Origin: Acutalibacteraceae bacterium
Lineage (GTDB): Bacteria > Bacillota > Clostridia > Oscillospirales > CAG-272
Direction: 5' to 3'
Assembly (NCBI GenBank): GCA_963618495.1
Contig: CAVESF010000009.1
Coordinates: 179-64,178 of the forward strand
DNA: 64,000 nucleotides
Shown here: positions 46,443-55,578 of the stretch, piece by piece
Position numbering within the stretch: position 1 is the stretch's first letter
Layout: every line of letters starts with the position of its first letter
The notes under the pieces: model-generated
Told to the model about the DNA's origin: nothing
The model's database searches: none
Seen by the model: only the letters and a program-made list of their open reading frames with translations
Translations under genes and position numbers: made by a program

Positions 46443-47441
46443 TCAATCTCTGTCATAACGGGTAGGACCGCCGTCATCAAAGCTTGCGTCCTCCTCGTCG
46501 GAATCGTAATCGTCGGAAAGACGCTGTTTCTTCTTTGCTTCGGCGAGCTTCTTCTTGGCATTCTTGGCGCTGTATTCGTTTTCAGCCGCCTTGATATCCT
46601 CTTCCGTTATCTTGGGCAGAGGCATAGCCTTTGCGAGGATTACGGTCTGGAGTACGCCGAGCATATTATTGAAGAACCAGTAGATGCCGACTGCGGCGGG
46701 AACGGTAAACGCGATGACTGTTGTCATGGCAGGCAGGAAAAGGTCCATCATAACATTCATGGACTTTGTCTGCGCACCGCCCTGCATGGGCTGTGGCATG
46801 AATTTTCTCTGGAGTTTGGATGCGAAGAACTGACCGACAAAAGTGATTATCGGGATAGTAACAAGCCACGATTTGAAGGTCGGCTTTGCGGCAAGAGCAT
46901 TTGCCATGCCGAAAAGGCTGAAGTTCGGGAGCGATTCCATAGTCAGGTTTTCAAGTCCCTTGCCGAGCGCCTGTATCGCGGGAATCTTATCGGCTGTTAT
47001 CAGCGAGAGAAGCTCTATATCGCCTCTCTTTGTCGCCGCAACTCCGAGAAATTCACGCAGAGCGCTGATAGCCTCCGTGGAATATCCGCAGACATACTGG
47101 AGCGGATTCATCATGACGCTGTAGATAATCATGACGATGGCAAACTGAATAATCATAGGCAGGCAGCCGCCGAGAGGGTTGTAGCCACCTTCACGGTACA
47201 TTTCCTGTATCTCTGTATTCATTTTTGTCATCGTGGGCTGGTCTGTTCTGCCGCTGTACTTCTTGCGGATAGCCATCTCCTTGGGACGGAGCTTCGTCTG
47301 CTTCTGCGCGGTTTTCTGCTGCTTTATGCCGAAAGGCAGAAGAATCAGCTTCACAAGAAGCGCAACAAGCAGAAGGGCTATGAGATAATGCCCCGTTATG
47401 TCATTGAAAAAATTCAATATGCTTGCAAAAATCTTATTCAT
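46443..47441 (-). CDS. yidC: YidC/Oxa1-family membrane protein insertase
   Basis: MNKIFASILNFF start at 47441 (no overlap with yidD). Conserved GGCLPMIIQFAI motif and a basic/acidic C-terminal tail. Confidence 0.9.
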   Translation of the reverse strand: MNKIFASILNFFNDITGHYLIALLLVALLVKLILLPFGIKQQKTAQKQTKLRPKEMAIRKKYSGRTDQPTMTKMNTEIQEMYREGGYNPLGGCLPMIIQFAIVMIIYSVMMNPLQYVCGYSTEAISALREFLGVAATKRGDIELLSLITADKIPAIQALGKGLENLTMESLPNFSLFGMANALAAKPTFKSWLVTIPIITFVGQFFASKLQRKFMPQPMQGGAQTKSMNVMMDLFLPAMTTVIAFTVPAAVGIYWFFNNMLGVLQTVILAKAMPLPKITEEDIKAAENEYSAKNAKKKLAEAKKKQRLSDDYDSDEEDASFDDGGPTRYDRD

Positions 47442-47478
47442 TTTTTTCTCCTTGATAGGAAATAAACAGCGGAAAAAA

Positions 47479-47700
47479 TCATCTTTTTCTTTTGGGAACA
47501 GGGTCGCTGCCACCCCTGCAAAAAGGATTGCATCTGAGTATTCTCCATATTGTCAGCCCGAGCCCGCGGATAAATCCCCATTCGGAGAAAGCTTCTATCG
47601 CATACTGCGAGCAGGTCGGCGTGAAGCGGCAACAGGGTCGCTTCAGCGGCGAGATGAGCTTTCGGTAGAGCTTCACCAGCGCTATGGCTATATATTTCAT
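47479..47700 (-). CDS. yidD: Membrane protein insertion efficiency factor YidD
   Basis: [26 protein letters not shown] signature. Confidence 0.9.
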   Translation of the reverse strand: MKYIAIALVKLYRKLISPLKRPCCRFTPTCSQYAIEAFSEWGFIRGLGLTIWRILRCNPFCRGGSDPVPKRKR

Positions 47701-48107
47701 AGCGCACCGCTCTCCGCTTTTTTTTTCGGCGCGGGCAGGATAAGCCCGAGCTTGCCCGCCGCATAGAGCAGGTCGCCGTAGATATCGCCGCTTTTGGCTT
47801 CCACGGCGGCAGGTCTTGCCGCTATGACTATGAGCATTCCTTTTTTAATATTGTTTTCCCTCTCGAGAGAGGAATATGCGGCGCGAAGAATACGACGTAC
47901 TCTCGTGCGCACAACCGCTTTACCGATCTTCTTTGTAACCGTAAGTCCCAGTCGGTTAACCTTCGTTTTCAGCGGATTCTCGCGGGCGAGCCGCGATGCG
48001 TGGTAATCGGTCAGAACATATACCACGATATGCCGGCAGTAAACTTTCTGCCCTTTGTCATACACCTTTTTATAAAGGTGGTTCTCGGAAATTGCCATGT
48101 TTTTCAC
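47697..48107 (-). CDS. rnpA: Ribonuclease P protein component
   Basis: 136 aa, basic, with [21 protein letters not shown] (RNR-like motif). GTG start 7 nt after GGAGG. Confidence 0.9.
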   Translation of the reverse strand: MKNMAISENHLYKKVYDKGQKVYCRHIVVYVLTDYHASRLARENPLKTKVNRLGLTVTKKIGKAVVRTRVRRILRAAYSSLERENNIKKGMLIVIAARPAAVEAKSGDIYGDLLYAAGKLGLILPAPKKKAESGAL

Positions 48108-48156
48108 ACAGATTCCTCCGAAAAATCAGTTTTTGGAGCCATGCTGTTTTGTCCCT

Positions 48157-48194
48157 ATAAAAAATGAAAGCCCATGAATACAGACACAGGCTTT
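48157..48194 (-). terminator. Hairpin plus T-run between rpmH and rnpA (possible partial terminator/attenuator)
   Basis: On the minus strand: AAAGCC...GGCTTT stem followed by CATTTTTTAT. Confidence 0.45.
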
Positions 48195-48226
48195 AACTAT
48201 TTCCGGAAACAAAGCCCGGCTGAAAA

Positions 48227-48361
48227 TCAGTAGCTAAGACGAACTCTGCCTTTAGCGCGTCTTCTCTTCAGAACCTTGCGGCCGTTTGCCGTACTCATTC
48301 TCTTGCGGAAGCCATGCTCCTTCTGTCTCTGAATCTTTTTAGGTTGATAAGTTCTCAGCAT
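48227..48361 (-). CDS. rpmH: 50S ribosomal protein L34
   Basis: My translation is [44 protein letters not shown] (44 aa). It falls below the ORF-track length cutoff. GGAGG RBS. Confidence 0.9.
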   Translation of the reverse strand: MLRTYQPKKIQRQKEHGFRKRMSTANGRKVLKRRRAKGRVRLSY

Positions 48362-48610
48362 TATTCAACACCTCCTTACATTGTCGCGTCGGAGAAAAAC
48401 TCCCGACGGCGTATAACGCTACAACTACATCGTACATTATACACGCAAATATGCTCTCTTGTCAAGTGGAAAATAAATTTTTCATGTGATTTTTCGAATA
48501 AAAACACGATTTTTTATTATTTTCACGGAAAATCACTCTCTTCTCTTGACAAGGCGGCGGCTGTGATGTATAATTGTATCACGAAAGCAGAACAAGATGA
48601 GGAGCAAGTT

Positions 48611-48997
48611 ATGGCTTGGAATTTTTTCGGCGGAATACCGATATATATTCAGATAGCGGCAAGAATCAGGCTGAAAATCTTCTCGGGCGAATATCCCGAG
48701 GGTTCCAGAATACCCAGCGTGCGCGACATCGCAAGCGAAGCCTCGGCAAATCCGAATACCGTGGTCAAGGCGCTTTCGATGCTCTGCGATGAGGGCATCA
48801 TCTATCCGAAAAGCACGGCGGGCAACTTCGTCACGGAGGATAAAAGCATCCTCGACGCGGCAAGAGAAGCGGAAGCCGTTCGGATAACGGAGGGATATGC
48901 CAACGCTATAGCCCAGCTCGGCTTCAGCCGCGAAAAGACGGAAGCTCTGCTGGAAAAATATCTCAGAAAGGATGAGGCAAATGGAAATAATATTTGA
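48611..48997 (+). CDS. GntR-family (YhcF-like) transcriptional regulator
   Basis: About 128 aa from the ATG at 48611, with IYIQIAARIRLKIFSGEYPEGSRIPSVRDIASEASANPNTVVKAL wHTH. Confidence 0.85.
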   Translation: MAWNFFGGIPIYIQIAARIRLKIFSGEYPEGSRIPSVRDIASEASANPNTVVKALSMLCDEGIIYPKSTAGNFVTEDKSILDAAREAEAVRITEGYANAIAQLGFSREKTEALLEKYLRKDEANGNNI

Positions 48998-49679
48998 ATG
49001 CAAAAACCTCTTTAAATCATACGGCGGCGTTCCCGCCCTTGCGGATTTCAATCTCACTCTGTACTCAGGCAAGATAATCGGGCTTCTCGGTCCCAACGGC
49101 AGCGGCAAGACTACGCTCATCAAGCTGGCGGCAGGTCTGCTCACGCCCACATCGGGCGAGCTGACCGTCGGAGGACTCCGTCCCGGCGTTATCACAAAGG
49201 GCGCCGTTTCTTATCTTCCCGAGCGCACATATCTCAATCCCTCGCTCACCGTGGACGATACGATAGCGCTTTTCTGCGATTTCTACAAGGATTTCGACCG
49301 CGCACGCGCATACGACCTTTTCACCAAACTCGGCATAGTCACAAGCAGAAAGATAAAGACGCTCTCCAAAGGTACGCGTGAAAAAGTTCAGCTTGTGCTC
49401 GTTATGAGCCGTCGCGCAAAGCTTTATCTTCTTGATGAACCGATAGCGGGCGTTGATCCCGCGGCGCGCGAGTTCATCCTCAATACGATAATCACAAATT
49501 ATGACCCGAGCGCAACGATAATCATATCCACGCATCTCATCACCGATGTCGAGCAGGTGCTCGACGAATTCGTATTCATCAAGAGCGGTCAGGTCGTCAT
49601 GCACGATACCGTGGACGGCGCAAGAGAAAAGTACGGCGAAACGGTAGACGCGCTTTTCAGGGAGGTGTTCAAATGTTAG
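48981..49679 (+). CDS. ABC transporter ATP-binding protein
   Basis: GPNGSGKTTL Walker A, LSKGTREK signature, LLDEP Walker B. The start could instead be 48972. Confidence 0.9.
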   Translation: MEIIFECKNLFKSYGGVPALADFNLTLYSGKIIGLLGPNGSGKTTLIKLAAGLLTPTSGELTVGGLRPGVITKGAVSYLPERTYLNPSLTVDDTIALFCDFYKDFDRARAYDLFTKLGIVTSRKIKTLSKGTREKVQLVLVMSRRAKLYLLDEPIAGVDPAAREFILNTIITNYDPSATIIISTHLITDVEQVLDEFVFIKSGQVVMHDTVDGAREKYGETVDALFREVFKC

Positions 49680-50557
49680 GCAAGCTTTTAAAGCACGAAT
49701 TCAGAGCGACGAGACGCTCCGTCGGCATGGTAATCCTCGGTTCGCTTCTCGCTTCGGCAGTCGGCTTCGGTCTGCTGATTATCTGCTGGCATCCGAGCTT
49801 CCTGCCCGCGCTCCACGGATATGCGATAGAAACCATCCGCACCATCCTCTATATCCCCCTCTCGATAATCACTTTCTGTGTATATGCGCTCGGTTTTGCG
49901 AGCACGATAATCACCACCATCTTCATATTGATGAGATATTATAAGAATTTCTTCACCGATGAGGGATATCTTACATTCACTCTGCCTGTCACGCCGCATG
50001 AGCTTCTCTGGACAAAGCTTATTTCCGGCATGGTATGGATTGCGCTCTCGCTCGTCACCACTTTTGCGGCAATGGCATCGCTTTGCGGCGCGATTTATAT
50101 CAACGGCACAGCTTCGGGCGGAGCGGAAGCTGCCATGATGTTTTCCGAGACATTCAAGTTTATCGGGGAATATTTCGGCGCATTCATGAAAGCTTATGCC
50201 GGCTCTCCCAATGCATGGTTTGTGATACTGCGCTCTGCGGTTGAAGCCATCGTCACGGGAATGGCACAGCTTCTTATTTATTATTTTGCCGTAACGCTCG
50301 GCTGCATGGTCAGCAAGAAGCATAAGGTATGGGCTTCCGTCGGCATGTATTTTGCCGTCAATGCGGGAATAGGCATCGTCAATTCCTTGGTAAGCTACAT
50401 CGTAATGCTTATTTCAGCTATAATAAATGACGGCGCTTCATCCGGTATAATAGTATCCATAGTCGCTTATTCGCGCAATGTGGTGACATTTATAGTCGGT
50501 GTGGTGATGTATTTCCTCACGATAAACATTTTCAAAAAGAGACTGAATCTCGAATAA
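49673..50557 (+). CDS. Polytopic membrane protein, probable permease partner of the ABC ATPase
   Basis: 294 aa with six or more hydrophobic segments. Its start overlaps the ATPase stop. Confidence 0.6.
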   Translation: MLGKLLKHEFRATRRSVGMVILGSLLASAVGFGLLIICWHPSFLPALHGYAIETIRTILYIPLSIITFCVYALGFASTIITTIFILMRYYKNFFTDEGYLTFTLPVTPHELLWTKLISGMVWIALSLVTTFAAMASLCGAIYINGTASGGAEAAMMFSETFKFIGEYFGAFMKAYAGSPNAWFVILRSAVEAIVTGMAQLLIYYFAVTLGCMVSKKHKVWASVGMYFAVNAGIGIVNSLVSYIVMLISAIINDGASSGIIVSIVAYSRNVVTFIVGVVMYFLTINIFKKRLNLE

Positions 50558-50620
50558 TCCATATCAAAAAATATCTCCGTGAATATACTGAAAAAAAGTA
50601 TGTTCACGGAGGTTTTTTAT

Positions 50621-51184
50621 ATGGCGATAAAAATATTCGTAGACCAGGGACACAATCCCGAAAATCCGAATGCGGGCGCAGAGGGCAACGGCTACAGAGA
50701 GCAGGATCTTGTTTATTATATAGGAGAAGAATTGAATACGCTTTTAAATGAGAATCCGGATTTCGAAGCGATACTCTCACGCAATACGCCCGATGAGATA
50801 CTCGGCATGAGCGTCGCTTCATCGCTTCGCGAGAGGGTAAAAGCCGCAAACGAATGGGGCGCGGATTATTTTATCAGTCTGCATGCGAACGCTTCGGATA
50901 TCCCGACGGCATCGGGCAGTGAGGCTTTTGTTTACAGCAGCGGTTCGGCGGCGCTTCCGCTTGCGGAAAATATTCTCATCGGTCTGCATGACGCAACGGG
51001 ACTGGAAAACCGCGGCGTTTCCGCACGCCCGACGCTGTATGTCCTCCGTGCAACGGATATGCCGGCTACGCTCATAGAGCTTGGTTTTATCACAAATGCC
51101 GGGGATGCCGCACTCATGGCAAATAATCCGCGCCTTTTTGCGCAGGGAGTATATAATGGGATTCTGATGTTTTTCGGGGTGTGA
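50621..51184 (+). CDS. N-acetylmuramoyl-L-alanine amidase (Amidase_3 family)
   Basis: IFVDQGHNPENPNAGAEG...ISLHANA...ELGFITN motifs. The ATG at 50621 follows GGAGG. No signal peptide seen. Confidence 0.85.
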   Translation: MAIKIFVDQGHNPENPNAGAEGNGYREQDLVYYIGEELNTLLNENPDFEAILSRNTPDEILGMSVASSLRERVKAANEWGADYFISLHANASDIPTASGSEAFVYSSGSAALPLAENILIGLHDATGLENRGVSARPTLYVLRATDMPATLIELGFITNAGDAALMANNPRLFAQGVYNGILMFFGV

Positions 51185-51195
51185 GTTTTCTGCGG

Positions 51196-51553
51196 AGAAT
51201 CATAAAGAAACTCTTCTTTTATTGTACTTTTGTATGACCAAAAGTACCAAAAGTCATATAAGAGAGCGTTCCTCTCTCTTATATATCTCTTCCCGCGTGC
51301 ACGAGTTAGTCGCACGAGCCGTGCGTGGCGAGTGCGTGCGACAAGGGGCAAAGCAAAAGTAGGCAGTTTAGCTACTCTCCACAGCTTCAGCCATACCACG
51401 CGTGCGAACATAGCACACGAGGAAGCCGAGCAGATTCGTGCACGCATTGCCTGCACGCCCGCATAATAGGGTTGGCGGGCGTGAATCCACCACCTACGCT
51501 GACGGGACTATCAAAATAAACCCTATCTCGCTATGTTCGCACACAGACACGCA
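51196..51553 (+). repeat. Intergenic repeat locus R5, left part (X double hairpin plus about 245 nt Y module)
   Basis: X matches 13590-13675 in the same orientation. Y matches 44911-45170 in inverted orientation. Confidence 0.85.
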
Positions 51554-51704
51554 CCAAAATCTCAACCGCGAGGTTCGCCATAGCCCGACATGGCACAGCA
51601 GTGAATCCGAGTCGGCGCTTAAGCGTTTCGAACCTGTAGCCGCGGTTATGCCGTAGTTGGACGGTCGGGGCACTTTGTTCGCACTGGTCGCCGCGAGGCG
51701 ACAG
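51554..51704 (-). repeat. Z module copy 2 (inverted relative to copy 1)
   Basis: See 13678-13828. Confidence 0.8.
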
Positions 51705-51860
51705 AAAGAGTTTAAAAGAGGGATTGACACATATGCGGAGCATGTGTGTCGGCGTCGCCGAGACGGGAGTTAATACTTTCCTCTTTTTGTCCTTTTCGTT
51801 CTTTTCGGACAAGCGAAAAGAACATCAAAAGAAAAGTTTCTTTTATGTATTTATGAAAGA
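51705..51860 (+). repeat. Intergenic repeat locus R5, right part (W module)
   Basis: ACACATATGC...GTCGGCGTCGCCGAGAC...GGGAGTTAA is shared with 57630-57680 and 61185-61250. Confidence 0.7.
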
Positions 51861-51976
51861 CCATTGGCTGACGATGTTTCCCGCCCACCCTGCCTAATTT
51901 GACGCCCACAACCGCGCGCCGTGGTAATTGATTTCGGCAAAAATCACAAATAATGGAAAAATATATCACTATGTTC

Positions 51977-52005
51977 TTGACAAAATATAAAAAATATGGT
52001 ATAAT
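51977..52005 (+). promoter_or_regulatory. Consensus extended -10 promoter upstream of the AT-rich islet
   Basis: TTGACA, 17 nt spacer, TGG-TATAAT. Confidence 0.7.
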
Positions 52006-52129
52006 ACAAACGAAAAGAGAATTTTAAAAGGTCCGGAGGTGATACCATTGAACTAAATGACTTCAAATAACCATACGAAACGAGACAAAACAATTTCACG
52101 AAACAAAAATATTGAAAGGGGATTAAACT

Positions 52130-52795
52130 ATGAAAAAATTTTATTCGATTATCATTACTATCGCATTTCTGATCACGTCTGTTTTCTTCACTAATGCATA
52201 CGCTACAGATATTGAAACACTGAGCTTAGATACATCTTTTGTAGTCGGAGTGTATAATTATTCACAGGTTCCCTCTACATCGGGTGAAACATATTTTATT
52301 GGTTCGCGTAAAGTAGGAAGATTCACTTATGAGGTCAACCGCTATTATGGAGATTGGTATGCCCTTCTTAACTTGGATCTTTCGACACCTTGCTTTAAGG
52401 GATCTTCCGCCATGGAATTAACTCAAACGATAGGTCGGACATATTCGGCTCAATTGGCATATGAGTTTTCACATGCTGTAGGCGGCACGGTAAATGCGGA
52501 AATTTTTGAAATAACTTCTTCCATTACAAATAGCGTAGCTGTTACATTTCAAGTATCATTTGAAATGGCAAATAGCGTCTCATATCAGCTGGACGATACA
52601 AAACCTGTTGGATATTATAAAATTGGTGTTTGTCATGATTTATATCGTCATAGTGTTCGCCAATATATTGAATCGGCAGAATATGCTTCTTTAACAGATA
52701 CAGGCGTTTATTATGAGATGCCTACTCCAGAGGGCATTGCTTATTATGCACTTTTGTACAGCACTTCAAGCGGTTCTGGATATAAAAAATATTAA
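52130..52795 (+). CDS. Secreted hypothetical protein (signal peptide, beta-rich, Ser/Thr/Tyr-rich)
   Basis: 221 aa with signal peptide ...FFTNAYA-TD and a GGGG RBS-like stretch upstream. I recognise no family. Confidence 0.6.
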   Translation: MKKFYSIIITIAFLITSVFFTNAYATDIETLSLDTSFVVGVYNYSQVPSTSGETYFIGSRKVGRFTYEVNRYYGDWYALLNLDLSTPCFKGSSAMELTQTIGRTYSAQLAYEFSHAVGGTVNAEIFEITSSITNSVAVTFQVSFEMANSVSYQLDDTKPVGYYKIGVCHDLYRHSVRQYIESAEYASLTDTGVYYEMPTPEGIAYYALLYSTSSGSGYKKY

Positions 52796-52811
52796 TTGAT
52801 GCGCAAGTCAT

Positions 52812-53858
52812 ATGGTGAGTAATATGGTAAAATATAAGATAAAAAAACAATCTCTCGCAGGCAGGCTGTTTTCCTTTGCTATGGCTGCTATGCTGCTGCT
52901 TGCGATGATGTTGCTTCTTTCATCGTGCGGGGAGAGGGAACAGCCTTATGTCCCGGGCTCTCACGAGATCGGAACAACGGGAATATCGGTTTATCCCGAA
53001 CTGGTAAAAGTCGATCTGGAATACGGGTCAAAGGATTTGGGCTTTCCGCTTAATTTTGTTTCAAAAAAGTCTCTTCCTGAAGATAAAATAAAAATCGTTC
53101 GGCTGGAAGGCAAAAATGCCGATTATTTTGAGACGCCGATCATGACAAGACGGCAATTGGAAGATGTCACGGACGTTGAAATAAACGGCAAATATCTGTA
53201 TAGCTATCAGATCGACCTGGATATTGATGTAGATCACTTTACTCCTTATATCACCCCTGGTCAGGATTTGCCGCCTGAAATGCCGGAAAGACCGGACATA
53301 TGGGATATATGCATAGATACTATTGTTGTCGAAATTGATGGCGAGGAATATCCCATCAAGCTTGTAAATCCCGTGAAGTATCAATATCACTGTAAATTCG
53401 GAGGCTATAATGATATTTCAGGCAATAGTATGTTTGGACCTATCATGGTATTTACATTCGCTCTGACCAACAGATATTCCGCAAGCATCCAAAATAGCGC
53501 AAGCGATATCCTTGTAAAGGATTTTTACTTCTCTGATTTCCTTGATATCACAAGCAAGTCACTGCATTACAAGGGAGAATATATCGGAGAGCTGACCGGC
53601 GATAAGCTCTATCCGATAGCCAAGCGCACGAGCGATGAAGTTTCGGGAGGCGATGGAGGCGTGGTTTATTTCAATGCGGCTTTTTCGGAAAACTACAAAA
53701 GCACCGAGTTTGATTATATACTCTGCACATCTGTGATCGAATACCAGGTAGAGGGCGACGATACGGTATATAAAATGAAATTCCCGTTCAATTCACAGGG
53801 TTTTGCCAACAGAGATAATGTCGAAAAGTTTCTCGCTTATGTCGATACCCTTGATTGA
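52812..53858 (+). CDS. Hypothetical lipoprotein
   Basis: 348 aa with lipobox LLSSCG after a hydrophobic segment; acidic. I recognise no family. Confidence 0.6.
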   Translation: MVSNMVKYKIKKQSLAGRLFSFAMAAMLLLAMMLLLSSCGEREQPYVPGSHEIGTTGISVYPELVKVDLEYGSKDLGFPLNFVSKKSLPEDKIKIVRLEGKNADYFETPIMTRRQLEDVTDVEINGKYLYSYQIDLDIDVDHFTPYITPGQDLPPEMPERPDIWDICIDTIVVEIDGEEYPIKLVNPVKYQYHCKFGGYNDISGNSMFGPIMVFTFALTNRYSASIQNSASDILVKDFYFSDFLDITSKSLHYKGEYIGELTGDKLYPIAKRTSDEVSGGDGGVVYFNAAFSENYKSTEFDYILCTSVIEYQVEGDDTVYKMKFPFNSQGFANRDNVEKFLAYVDTLD

Positions 53859-53966
53859 TACAGAATAAAAAGGCGTCAGGCGCTCAATGCCCGACCGCCT
53901 TTTTCGGTTTTGCGGCGAAAAATCCGACTTTTCTGCGGAAAATCGGGGAAAATTTCAAAAAAGTTA

Positions 53967-53995
53967 TTGACAAAACCGTATAGTGTGTGTATAAT
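53967..53995 (+). promoter_or_regulatory. Consensus sigma-A promoter of the rplJ-rplL operon
   Basis: TTGACA, 17 nt spacer, TATAAT. Confidence 0.8.
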
Positions 53996-53996
53996 A

Positions 53997-54151
53997 TATA
54001 GGCAATCCGAAGACAGCAGGTTTTTGTAAAAGCTGAGCTATCCTGCCGAGGAGAGATTTATAAAGCGATTTATTGTCTTTCCGTATGCTTCATTGCGGAA
54101 AGATTTTTTATTTTCAAGCTTGGCTTTATTATTACGAAAGGTGGTGTAATT
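53997..54151 (+). promoter_or_regulatory. Ribosomal protein L10 leader (autoregulatory attenuator)
   Basis: About 155 nt of 5' UTR between the promoter and rplJ, containing a terminator hairpin (54076-54114: TCTTTCCG/CGGAAAGA plus T-run). Position and layout match the Firmicute L10 leader. Confidence 0.55.
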
Positions 54152-54664
54152 ATGCCAAGTGTACAGGTTCTTGAGCAGAAGAAACAGATTGTTGCCGACC
54201 TTACCGAAAGACTGAAAAAGTCTATCGCAGGTGTTATCGTCAATTATTCCGGTATCACCGTTGAGGACGACACGGCTATGCGTGCCGAACTGAGAAAGAG
54301 CGGCGTTGAATACACTGTCATCAAAAACACTCTCACAAAGAGAGCTTGCGAAGATGTCGGTTATTCGGCTCTGACTACATCTCTCGAGGGTATGACTGCC
54401 GTTGCTACGAGTGAAAACGATCCCGTAGCCGCTGCAAAGATACTCAAAAAGTATGCTGACAAGATTGAAAGCTTCGAAATCAAGGCAGGCTTCGTAGACG
54501 GTTCCGTTCTCGATGCCGCAGGCGTAAACGAGCTTGCTGAGCTCCCCTCCAAGGAAGCCCTCATTGCAAAGGTTCTCGGAAGTCTCCAGTCTTCTCTCTA
54601 TGGTCTGGCTTATGTTCTCCAGGCTTATGTGGACAAGCAGAACGGCGAAGATACCGCTGCTTAA
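54152..54664 (+). CDS. rplJ: 50S ribosomal protein L10
   Basis: 170 aa; recognised as L10 by eye from the translation (e.g. VVNYSGITVEDDTAMRAELRK) and by its position directly upstream of rplL. Confidence 0.95.
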   Translation: MPSVQVLEQKKQIVADLTERLKKSIAGVIVNYSGITVEDDTAMRAELRKSGVEYTVIKNTLTKRACEDVGYSALTTSLEGMTAVATSENDPVAAAKILKKYADKIESFEIKAGFVDGSVLDAAGVNELAELPSKEALIAKVLGSLQSSLYGLAYVLQAYVDKQNGEDTAA

Positions 54665-54732
54665 CCTATCACAGCGCCTGACGGCGCACAAAATTCTAAA
54701 AAAATTCATTTAAATTACGGAGGAAAATTATC

Positions 54733-55107
54733 ATGGCATCTGAAAAGATTACAGCAATTATTGATGAAATCAAGACACTTACTATCCTCGAAGTAGCTGA
54801 CCTTGTAAAGGCTCTCGAAGAGGAATTCGGCGTATCCGCAGCTCCTGTTGCAGCAGTAGCAGTTGGCGGCGCAGCAGCTCCCGCGGCTGAAGAAAAGACA
54901 GAATTCGATGTAGTTCTTAAGGACTTCGGCGCTAAGAAGCTCGATGTTATCAAGGCAGTCCGTGAGGCTACAGGTCTCGGTCTTAAGGAAGCTAAGGAAC
55001 TCGTTGAGAGCGCTCCCAAGGCTATCAAGACAGGCGCTACAAAGGAAGAATCCGAAGCTCTCAAGACGGCTCTTGAGGCTGCAGGCGCAACTGTTGAAAT
55101 TCAGTAA
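54733..55107 (+). CDS. rplL: 50S ribosomal protein L7/L12
   Basis: 124 aa with an Ala-rich hinge and a C-terminal [15 protein letters not shown]... Confidence 0.95.
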   Translation: MASEKITAIIDEIKTLTILEVADLVKALEEEFGVSAAPVAAVAVGGAAAPAAEEKTEFDVVLKDFGAKKLDVIKAVREATGLGLKEAKELVESAPKAIKTGATKEESEALKTALEAAGATVEIQ

Positions 55108-55126
55108 TTTCAATAGAATCAGTCAT

Positions 55127-55157
55127 AAAACCGCTTCCCGTCGGGAGGCGGTTTTTG
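55127..55157 (+). terminator. Intrinsic terminator after rplL
   Basis: AAAACCGCTTCCC GTC GGGAGGCGGTTTT followed by TGTC. Confidence 0.8.
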
Positions 55158-55284
55158 TCTCTCGGTGACGTCGCGCCGAAGGCGGCTTTGCCGTCCGGAG
55201 CCCTCCTTCCCTCCTCTGAAAAGCACTGCGAAGGAAAAATTACCCGAAAGCTATTTTCACCAAAAAAAATATTTGCTTTTTACC

Positions 55285-55313
55285 TTGAAAAAAACGCACA
55301 TTTATGATATAAT
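55285..55313 (+). promoter_or_regulatory. Orphan near-consensus promoter (TTGAAA-17-TATAAT) with no gene before the next terminators
   Basis: Read directly from the sequence; followed by hairpin/T-run structures at 55337-55359 and 55376-55408. Confidence 0.5.
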
Positions 55314-55494
55314 AATATTATATCTGTATGACTTTTTGCGCGGAGAAGCGCATTTTTTATGCGTTGGGCGAAAAAAGAGCGCCGAGAAAGGCGCTTTTCT
55401 CCTTTTTTCGCAAAAAGTATTGTGCAAAATATATAATATCCGATGGCTCAAATTGTATGAATCAATGAAATCGCATTGTTTATAAAAATAAGAT

Positions 55495-55523
55495 TTGATT
55501 GTTTGCCTTTTGAGTGGTATAAT
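55495..55523 (+). promoter_or_regulatory. Promoter of the substrate-binding-protein gene
   Basis: TTGATT, 17 nt spacer, TGG-TATAAT (extended -10). Confidence 0.65.
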
Positions 55524-55578
55524 TATTGTAATTATACGGATAAGTATTTTTTTCAGATAAAATTCCGGAGGAAACAGT

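Noticed and set aside
48362-48610. oriC / DnaA-box cluster expected next to rpmH
   Set aside because: Reading both strands, I found no TTATCCACA/TGTGGATAA-like 9-mers within one or two mismatches in a cluster, only AT-rich promoter-like sequence. dnaA is also absent, so I make no origin call.
51196-51860. Possibility that the large repeat locus is a degraded IS element or prophage end
   Set aside because: No transposase or integrase fragment is readable in any frame, and no clear terminal inverted repeats or target duplications bound the whole block. I report it as a mosaic of small modules. A genome-wide search could revise this.
55329-55470. 46-codon ORF (MTFCAEKRIFYALGEKRAPRK...) downstream of the orphan promoter
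   Set aside because: It has no Shine-Dalgarno sequence, it runs through two terminator hairpins, and nothing suggests conservation. I kept the region as a small-RNA candidate instead.
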